NCBI RefSeq assembly: GCF_900114585.1
Contig: NZ_FOTL01000021.1
Coordinates: 6,746-38,745 of the forward strand
Length of the DNA: 32,000 nt
From: Methanobrevibacter olleyae
GTDB lineage: Archaea > Methanobacteriota > Methanobacteria > Methanobacteriales > Methanobacteriaceae
Reading direction: 5' to 3'
A program made the position numbers and the translations under genes. Below, piece by piece: positions 25,341-32,000 of this stretch; within the stretch, counting starts at the first letter, position 1, and each line of letters opens with the position of its first letter. The notes below the pieces were generated by a model that did no database searches, was not told the origin of the DNA, and saw only the letters and a program-made list of their open reading frames with translations.

Positions 25341-26956
25341 GATCTAAACTTAAATCCAGCCTCACCAAGTATTATAATAATATTAGAATCAGTTTTTAAA
25401 GCAGCTTTCACACCTTCAATCACTTGTTCTGTATTTGCACCTAAAGTAAAATTAGAAGCTTGTTTAAGACTTATATCTGTAAAAACAAACGTGTTTTTTA
25501 AAGTTTCATAGTCAAAATCAGCACTAGCTTCTTTGGCAGATTTTAACAATTCATCTGCAACTAATCTAGAATCATGAGAAGCTGGAACAATATATTTAAC
25601 ATTATCTAATGCTTTTTCTAAAATTCCAATATCTCCTTCATGACCAGACTCAGAAGTAATTGTAATAACAACAGTTGTATCCCCATAAATTTTTCTTATT
25701 TCTTTTAAAATAGTCTCTACACCTGCAGGATTATGAGCATAATCAACCATAATAGGTTTACCATCTACTTCAGCTACAATATCCATTCTTCCTACAGCAC
25801 CTTTAAAACTTAAAAGTCCTTTTTGTATTTCTTCATCAGAGAGTTTCAAGAATCGGCGTGCTGCAATAATAGATCCAACTGCATTATAAACATTGTGCAA
25901 GCCATCAAGAGATATAGTAAATTCACTTTCCCCTTCAGGTGATTCAAGGGTAAAAGTTCTGTCTTTAATTGAAATGTTTTTAGCTAAATACATTGGTTTT
26001 TCATACTTAATACCACATTCACACTCAAAGCTTCCACAACCTGAAATAAGCTCATTTATTTCAATATCTCTACCACACCAACAGGGTTTAGTGCCTACTC
26101 TAGAAAGCTCATCTTCAATACCAAAGCTTATTGCATTTCCTTTAAAATCTATCTCTTTAAAAAGACCTACAATGGTTGGATCATCGCTGTTATAAATTAA
26201 AGTGCCATTATTTTCTCCAATGCCCTTTAAAAGTTCTCCTTTAACTTTAGCATACTCTAAAAAGCTTCTTGTAATAAAGTCTTCCTCATCATTTTCATGA
26301 GGATTTTGTAGGTGGTCAACAGTAATATTTGTTAAAATACCGAAATTAGCATGAGTTAAATCTATAATAGATTTTAAACCACCAGAAGTACCATCAGTAC
26401 CAGTTTCTAAAATAGCCAAATCACCATTTAATCTAGTTTGAAGTGAGGGGATAAATTCATTATTACCTTGCATGCCTTTTAAATTATGTTCACAAGGTTT
26501 AATACCTGCAGAGTAAGCAATATGCTTTAAAAGAGTAGTGGTGGTGGTTTTGCCATTAGTTCCACTAATACAAATTACAGGTTTTTCTGGCTTAAACAGT
26601 TTAAAAATATCTCCAAGTTCAATGATTTTTATTCCTTTTTTTAAAGCTAAATCTAAAACTTTAGCATTTTCAGACATACTTGGAGGAGGAACAATAAAAT
26701 CTATTTTTTTAAAGAATTCTTCAGGATGTCCCCCAAAGAATATTTCAATGTCATAGTCTTCAAATGAGGAATAGAACCTACAATCTTCTTTTGAAGAGAT
26801 ATCGGTTCCAACAACAGTAAATCCTCTATCCATAAGAATTCTTGCAACTAAGTTTCCTACAACTCCACAAACACCAATTACACCAAAGGTTTTATTATCT
26901 AAATCTAATGAATCTAATTCTTCATCAGACATAGAAGAGAGCTCTAAACTATTCAA
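25310..26956 (-). CDS. Mur ligase family protein (pseudomurein peptide ligase candidate) with a MurD-like Rossmann N-domain and an inserted Cys cluster
   Basis: TTG start preceded by a GAAGGTG SD. GxGxxG-like GVIGVCGVVGNLVARIL. Mur-ligase P-loop ICISGTNGKTTTTT. The central-domain insertion is CWCGRDIEINELISGCGSFECECG. Confidence 0.85.
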   Translation of the reverse strand: MNSLELSSMSDEELDSLDLDNKTFGVIGVCGVVGNLVARILMDRGFTVVGTDISSKEDCRFYSSFEDYDIEIFFGGHPEEFFKKIDFIVPPPSMSENAKVLDLALKKGIKIIELGDIFKLFKPEKPVICISGTNGKTTTTTLLKHIAYSAGIKPCEHNLKGMQGNNEFIPSLQTRLNGDLAILETGTDGTSGGLKSIIDLTHANFGILTNITVDHLQNPHENDEEDFITRSFLEYAKVKGELLKGIGENNGTLIYNSDDPTIVGLFKEIDFKGNAISFGIEDELSRVGTKPCWCGRDIEINELISGCGSFECECGIKYEKPMYLAKNISIKDRTFTLESPEGESEFTISLDGLHNVYNAVGSIIAARRFLKLSDEEIQKGLLSFKGAVGRMDIVAEVDGKPIMVDYAHNPAGVETILKEIRKIYGDTTVVITITSESGHEGDIGILEKALDNVKYIVPASHDSRLVADELLKSAKEASADFDYETLKNTFVFTDISLKQASNFTLGANTEQVIEGVKAALKTDSNIIIILGEAGFKFRSAIINYCREL

Positions 26957-27077
26957 TTTAACACCTTCATCTTTAAAAAATAAAATTGATTAAAAAATTA
27001 ACTATTATGAAAATAAAAATATGAAAAAATAGTTAATATTAAATATACTAAAACTAGTAAAAAGATTTTGCTTAAGG

Positions 27078-27122
27078 TTTTTTGCCGAAGGCAAAAGACT
27101 CAGTAGAAGGGAAAAAGCTTGT
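27078..27122 (-). terminator. Short GC-containing hairpin and a T5 run between the two Mur-ligase-family genes
   Basis: The plus strand ttttgcc-gaa-ggcaaaa forms a 7-bp stem (27080-27096). On the sense (minus) strand a T5 run lies about 8 nt after the stop of the upstream gene. Function is uncertain. Confidence 0.3.
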
Positions 27123-28619
27123 CTATTCGTACTTTTTACAGCCTTCTTCTAAACCTGTAACTATTTTTTCCATGATTCCTTCTGGATCTTGCATGAGTTG
27201 TGGCCCTAAGTGAAGAATGGTATCTCCAGGTTTAGAATGTTTAATTGCAAGTTCTGCACCTTCTTCCATAGTTCCTGCAATTACTTTAACTGCCTTTGAA
27301 TCTACTGCAGCATCAAGTAATTCTTGAGCAGGTTCAATATCCACTCTTTGATAAACTTCATTAAAACCAGTTGCTACCATAACATCAGCATATTGACCCA
27401 TCAACTTACCAGTTTCTTTTTTATCCCTATATGTAGAAGTATCAAAGTTATCCAGTAATAATACAAGACTTCTATCACCTAAGAAATCCAGTGCCGCTGT
27501 AATACCTTCAATTAAGTATGAAGCGTCAATATAAACTTCTCTTCCATTATAATCTCCAATATATTCCATATGTACAGAAAGTCCTTTAAAGTTAGCAAGC
27601 CCTTCTTTAATAATCTCTACATTTAAGCCATATGCCATTGTAATAGCTGTTGCAGCAACGGCATTTTCATAATAATAACTCATCATATGGAACTCAGATT
27701 GGAAACTACCTTTTTTAAGTTCATCTGATCTATTTCTAAATTTATAAGCAATATCAATAGCCCCTTTAGCACTATCACCAATAAAATTACATACTTGACC
27801 TTCACCGATAGCAATTTCTTCAAAGTTTGCTACTTTATCAAAGTATTCAGATTTTTTAGATGGTTCATATCTTGGTAAATCTTTAACCATTGCATAAAAG
27901 ATTGCATCAGGTCTTGCTTCTTTTACAGTATCTTTACAATGAATGCTTGTAATAAAGTTTTCGCTATTTTTAGCAATGAACATTTTTCTTTGGGTGTATC
28001 TTTCCATTGAACCTCCAAACTCAGACAAGTGTTCTTCATAAATATTTAAAAGAGCACCAACTTTAAGCTTAAGCTCAGCCATTAAACCTGCAGTACCATG
28101 AGGAAGTTCTAAAACAGCTATATCTGATTTTTTTGGAATTCCTTTAATAATTCCGTCAACAATAACTTCACTAACAAGGTTTTGAGTCATAGAAGAACAA
28201 ATCCAAACTTGATAGCCAGCTGTTCTAAAGATTTCAGTAACCATATGAGTGGTACTAGTTTTACCTACACTACCAGTGATTCCAATAATATCAATATCAA
28301 TAAAACTATCTGCTAATCTTCCAAAATCATCATTTGTGAACACATTTAAATTAGCTTCCTTAATTATTTTATAGGCTGGAGCATTTTCAGGTACAGTTGG
28401 AGATAAGTAAACTGTATCAATTCCATCAAGACTTGGTTCAAATACTCCTAAATCTAATTCCACTCCTTCACTTTCCATAAGTCTTAAAGTTTTTTGAACA
28501 TCCATGTGGAAGTCTTCAATATTCTTTGGATCAGTTATCTTTACCATGTGCCCAGCATAGTTCAATAATCTTGCAACAGGACGACCTGCATTTCCTGCTC
28601 CTACAACAATAACATTCAT
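27123..28619 (-). CDS. Mur ligase family protein (pseudomurein peptide ligase candidate) with a MurD-like N-domain
   Basis: AGGAGTG SD. The N-terminal Rossmann motif is MNVIVVGAGNAGRPVARLL. The P-loop is IIGITGSVGKTSTTHMV. At 498 aa it has the three-domain Mur ligase size. Confidence 0.85.
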   Translation of the reverse strand: MNVIVVGAGNAGRPVARLLNYAGHMVKITDPKNIEDFHMDVQKTLRLMESEGVELDLGVFEPSLDGIDTVYLSPTVPENAPAYKIIKEANLNVFTNDDFGRLADSFIDIDIIGITGSVGKTSTTHMVTEIFRTAGYQVWICSSMTQNLVSEVIVDGIIKGIPKKSDIAVLELPHGTAGLMAELKLKVGALLNIYEEHLSEFGGSMERYTQRKMFIAKNSENFITSIHCKDTVKEARPDAIFYAMVKDLPRYEPSKKSEYFDKVANFEEIAIGEGQVCNFIGDSAKGAIDIAYKFRNRSDELKKGSFQSEFHMMSYYYENAVAATAITMAYGLNVEIIKEGLANFKGLSVHMEYIGDYNGREVYIDASYLIEGITAALDFLGDRSLVLLLDNFDTSTYRDKKETGKLMGQYADVMVATGFNEVYQRVDIEPAQELLDAAVDSKAVKVIAGTMEEGAELAIKHSKPGDTILHLGPQLMQDPEGIMEKIVTGLEEGCKKYE

Positions 28620-29142
28620 TAATTAACACTCCTAAAAGGTTTATGTAATTTTATTAGAATTTTTAAATAATTTATTTATTTAAATTTATAAAGCATTAAA
28701 TGGCTCATAAATATAATTTTTTATAAATTTTAAATTTATAAACACAAAATGATTCATAAATTTATATGTTATTATTTATTATTTTTATATAACTTAAACT
28801 TTATTAAAAATTAAGGAATTTAAACTAAAATTAGTTAAAAAATAGTAAAAATGTATTAAGATTTAATAGTTTTAAAAAATAAGTTAAAGAATTAAGATAG
28901 GAACTTAGGAAATGTTTTTAAGTTAAAATTAAACTAATAATCCTACATATTCTCATATTCATATAAGGTTTTTATTATATCAATTCCCCCAAATACACCA
29001 ATTCCCACTAAATTCATATAGTAATTTATTTAAAGAAATATATAAAGCTTGTTTAGAAAATAAATTAATATTTAGGTTTAAATCAAAAATTATAAGTATA
29101 TTGTTAATATTTTGATATATAGCTAACCATATATTATAAAAA

Positions 29143-29244
29143 TAGAAAAATAAATAAAATAAATAAGAAAAATTGTAAAAATAGAAAAATAAATAAAATA
29201 AATAAGAAAAATTGTAAAAATAGAAAAATAAATAAAATAAATAA
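29143..29244. repeat. 39-bp tandem repeat, 2 perfect copies plus a 24-nt partial third, immediately 3' of the aconitase-X gene
   Basis: tagaaaaataaataaaataaataagaaaaattgtaaaaa occurs at 29143-29181 and 29182-29220, with a partial copy from 29221. On the minus (sense) strand it is a series of oligo-T runs. Confidence 0.95.
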
Positions 29245-29287
29245 AATAAATAATAAAAATTTATAAAAAGGAGAATAAAAATAAAAA

Positions 29288-30523
29288 CTATTCAAAGTCT
29301 AATAAGTTTTCTATATCATTATAAATAACTTTTAAACCACACATTGAAGGTACATAATTAGCTGCTTTTGCAGAATTAACCCCAATAACTTCATAACCCA
29401 TTTCTTCTATTGGAGCAACTACCATACAAGTATCACAACAAATCTTACCTCCTGCATCTTCGATTTGTTCAATGTATCCTAAACGTTTAGCAGCTTCTTT
29501 AATATTAATAGAAGTACAGACCCAAAGTTCATTTTTAATCTTTTTACCTTTAACAATCTCTGCCAATTCTTTAATCTCCTCTAAAGAAGCATGTGGGCAA
29601 CCTAAACAAACAAGGTCTCCATATCCCTCAGCTGTAGAGAGCTTTTCTCGAGTATTTATAATATCTTCTTTAGTAATTCTAATCTTCTCTCCAACATTGG
29701 AAATATCTGCATTTTTATACTCTGGAGTGATGTCTTCTACATGATATAATGCTACTGCACCAGAAGATGCAAGTGCTGCACCAAGAGCTTTTAAATTATC
29801 ATTAGAAATATTCCATGCTTTATTTTGCATTTTAAAGTAAGGAACTCCATCTTTAACAACTTGGCCAACTGTATAACCTAAAGCACCGAAATCAGCTCTT
29901 TCAAGTTCACATTCTACATCAACTAAAAGATTAGAATTTCTATTTTCATCTAAATGAAAACCATATAAAGGAGTTTTACCAACAATAGCTGCAGCTAATG
30001 CTCCGGGACCTCCTTCACGATTAGTTCTAGCCCCAATTACAGAATTTACATAAGCAACTGCAGAAGATTCAGACCAAGAAACATGATCACCAAATCTTGG
30101 AACATTTCCAATTAAATAAGGAGTACAAGTACAAGTGGTACTTATTCCAAGCAGACCATAAGCATTACAAATATCTACTTGTTTTTTTGCAAAATCTGCT
30201 GGGAAACCAAAGTCTTCCCAATTATCGAGGTCAGTTCCAGCAGGGTTGAGTGTTGCAGATATAGTTGCAATTCCACTTTTATCACTGATTGTACCATTTT
30301 CATTATAAATAATTTCAGCAGTACGAGCTAAATCTTCAAGATATTCAAGACCTGCTTGACCTATAGTTTTATAAGATACACCAGATACTTGTGCAGATTT
30401 AATATCAACAAATCTTTCTGCACCATAAATATCTCCTAAAGCAATTAAAATATCCATACTTTTCCTAATGGTTTCACCATATTCCCCATTAGCCATCTTT
30501 TCTTCTTCTTTAGTTAAAAACAT
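29288..30523 (-). CDS. Aconitase X catalytic subunit (DUF521); in archaea this family includes the phosphomevalonate dehydratase large subunit
   Basis: The family-typical N-terminus is [17 protein letters not shown]. Cys-containing blocks are TCTCTPY, CLGCPH and CCDTCM. I prefer the ATG at 30523 (GGGGA 8 nt upstream) to the track start at 30535, which adds MGIF. Confidence 0.75.
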   Translation of the reverse strand: MFLTKEEEKMANGEYGETIRKSMDILIALGDIYGAERFVDIKSAQVSGVSYKTIGQAGLEYLEDLARTAEIIYNENGTISDKSGIATISATLNPAGTDLDNWEDFGFPADFAKKQVDICNAYGLLGISTTCTCTPYLIGNVPRFGDHVSWSESSAVAYVNSVIGARTNREGGPGALAAAIVGKTPLYGFHLDENRNSNLLVDVECELERADFGALGYTVGQVVKDGVPYFKMQNKAWNISNDNLKALGAALASSGAVALYHVEDITPEYKNADISNVGEKIRITKEDIINTREKLSTAEGYGDLVCLGCPHASLEEIKELAEIVKGKKIKNELWVCTSINIKEAAKRLGYIEQIEDAGGKICCDTCMVVAPIEEMGYEVIGVNSAKAANYVPSMCGLKVIYNDIENLLDFE

Positions 30524-30636
30524 AAAAATCCCCATATGAATTAAATAAAATGATTATAAGTTCTAAATTTTAGAAAAATAAATAATTCTAAAATAAAAAT
30601 AGGAAAAATTTTAATCAAAGTTTTTTAAAAGTTTGT

Positions 30637-31596
30637 TTAAATCACTTCAAAACCAATTAATTTAACTTTATTAGAAATTAATTTAGGATTTTCGTCAATA
30701 CCTTCAGATAATTTTGTAGTAATATATTTTTTATTATCATCTGGAAAGACAGTAGCTATCTTTAAATCATCATTATCCATTATAATACTAGCTAGGAAGT
30801 TTGCTCCACTAGAAATGCCAATACCTAAACCAAATTCATTAGCAATTATTTTAGACATATTTATAGCATCTAAATCATCAATTAAAACAATATCATCTAT
30901 TAAATTTTCATCAACAATTCCTGGAATAAAGTCATCTCCAATACCTTCAATCATATGACTACCTTCCATCATTCCCATTTTAAGAATAGATAATGTACTT
31001 GGTTCCAATGCAAATACTTTGGAATTAGGATTATTATCTTTCAATCTTTTACCAATCCCCATAAGAGTTCCACCAGTCCCAATACCTGAAACAAAAGCAT
31101 TTACATCGGGAATAGCATCAACAATTTCTTGACCTGTTGTTTTATATTGAGCTTCCACATTTAATTCATTATCAAATTGAAGTGGCTTATATGCACCAAT
31201 TTCCTCTGCAAATTCATCTACACGCTCAAGAGCTCTTTTAAATCCACCTTCTTCTTTAGATACAAGGTGAATATGAGCGCCATACATTTGAATAAGTTTC
31301 CTTCTCTCAAGAGATACCCAATCTGGCATGAATATATGAACATCATGACCATAAAGAGCACCAATAGCACTAAAAGCAATGCCAGTATTTCCACTTGTAA
31401 CTTCTATAATAGCTTGACCTTCTTTTAAATTACCATTTTCCCTCTCTTTTTCTATAATGTATAATGCTATTCTGTCTTTTATGCTTCCAGAATAGTTGTA
31501 AAATTCAAGTTTAGTGTATATACTTCCTATACGCCCTTCATATTCATAATTAATCTTTATCATTGGCGTATTGCCAACTAATTTTTCTAAATTCAT
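30637..31596 (-). CDS. cysK: PLP-dependent cysteine synthase family protein (CysK/CysM-like)
   Basis: PLP-lysine motif SGSIKDR, substrate loop TSGNTG and glycine loop GIGTGGT, at 319 aa. The exact specificity (O-acetylserine versus O-phosphoserine) cannot be told from sequence alone. Confidence 0.8.
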   Translation of the reverse strand: MNLEKLVGNTPMIKINYEYEGRIGSIYTKLEFYNYSGSIKDRIALYIIEKERENGNLKEGQAIIEVTSGNTGIAFSAIGALYGHDVHIFMPDWVSLERRKLIQMYGAHIHLVSKEEGGFKRALERVDEFAEEIGAYKPLQFDNELNVEAQYKTTGQEIVDAIPDVNAFVSGIGTGGTLMGIGKRLKDNNPNSKVFALEPSTLSILKMGMMEGSHMIEGIGDDFIPGIVDENLIDDIVLIDDLDAINMSKIIANEFGLGIGISSGANFLASIIMDNDDLKIATVFPDDNKKYITTKLSEGIDENPKLISNKVKLIGFEVI

Positions 31597-31856
31597 AAGA
31601 TTCCATCCAATTCAATAATAAAATAATAATCAATAAATATAATCGAATATTGTAATTTATGTATTTTAATTATAAAATACTTTTTTAAAAATAGGCAATA
31701 AATAAATTTTTTTGAGACTGTAAAATTTTATAGGCTTTTTTTATTTTTTTATTTTTTTCTTCGTTAAATAAAAATAGGTTATTTTTTTCTTTAATTTTGA
31801 AATAAAGGATTTAAAAATAGTAAATTACTTAAATAAGTGAGGACAAATAATATTTT

Positions 31857-32000
31857 ATGACTAAACAAAACAAATTTGTCCTCAATACTAATATAAACTT
31901 CATACAACTTAAACTTTTTGATTTTAAAAATGAAAAAATAAATCCCAATGAAATTATTGAGAAAAGGCTCAATAAAAGACCAAAAATTAAAAATAATAAT
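31857..32000 (+). CDS. Possible 5' end of an unidentified gene running off the window (MTKQNKFVLNTNINFIQLKLFDFKNEKINPNEIIEKRLNKRPKIKNNN...)
   Basis: The ATG at 31857 has a GTGAGG SD about 14 nt upstream, and 48 codons are open to the window end. The sequence is AT-rich with no recognisable motif. Confidence 0.3.
   Translation, partial: MTKQNKFVLNTNINFIQLKLFDFKNEKINPNEIIEKRLNKRPKIKNNN

Noticed and set aside
27078-27098. The GC-containing hairpin ttttttgcc-gaa-ggcaaaag, as a tRNA fragment or small ncRNA.
   Set aside because: It is too short for a tRNA and has no cloverleaf. It was kept only as a low-confidence intergenic hairpin or terminator.
29143-29244. The 39-bp tandem repeat, and the repeats at 22361-22500, as a possible CRISPR array.
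   Set aside because: The copies are contiguous with no unique spacers. They are low-complexity A/T, only 2-3 copies are present, and there are no cas genes nearby.
20501-31428. Plus-strand track ORFs nested in minus-strand genes (20501-20749 in bioB, 25893-26195 and 26538-26756 in the ligase, 29472-29744 in AcnX, 31177-31428 in cysK).
   Set aside because: The opposite-strand genes carry unmistakable family motifs. The nested ORFs have none and lack start contexts.

Overview
The window is very AT-rich (about 30% G+C by eye, not computed) and looks like a chromosomal segment of a pseudomurein-containing methanogen (Methanobacteriales, Methanobrevibacter/Methanosphaera-like). This call rests on archaeal housekeeping genes (Hef, TrmI, aconitase-X), two Mur-ligase-family genes in an archaeal context, and giant adhesin-like surface proteins. 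The plus-strand half (1-19335) starts with a tightly linked four-gene cluster: a 5'-truncated CobN-like protein with a C-terminal Ser-rich stalk and TM anchor, a polytopic membrane protein with an intramembrane CPCC motif, a MotA/TolQ/ExbB-like channel, and a small ExbD/TolR-like protein. Two tandem paralogous adhesin-like genes follow (2564 and 1607 aa), built from repeated modules. The minus-strand half (19604-31596) carries bioD, bioB, trmI, hef, two Mur-ligase-family (pseudomurein peptide ligase candidate) genes, an aconitase-X (DUF521) large subunit and a cysteine-synthase-family gene. No rRNA, tRNA, CRISPR array, transposase or integrase could be supported. The best candidate for an undescribed system is the CobN-like/CPCC-membrane/ExbB-ExbD-like operon. 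It may be a proton-motive-force-driven metal or tetrapyrrole acquisition machine in an organism without an outer membrane. A second theme is short tandem duplications exactly at gene boundaries. One makes a 14-codon upstream ORF, and another makes a chain of two upstream ORFs linked to the adhesin gene by ATGA and TAATG overlaps. All functional calls come from reading the translated sequences by eye; no database search was run.
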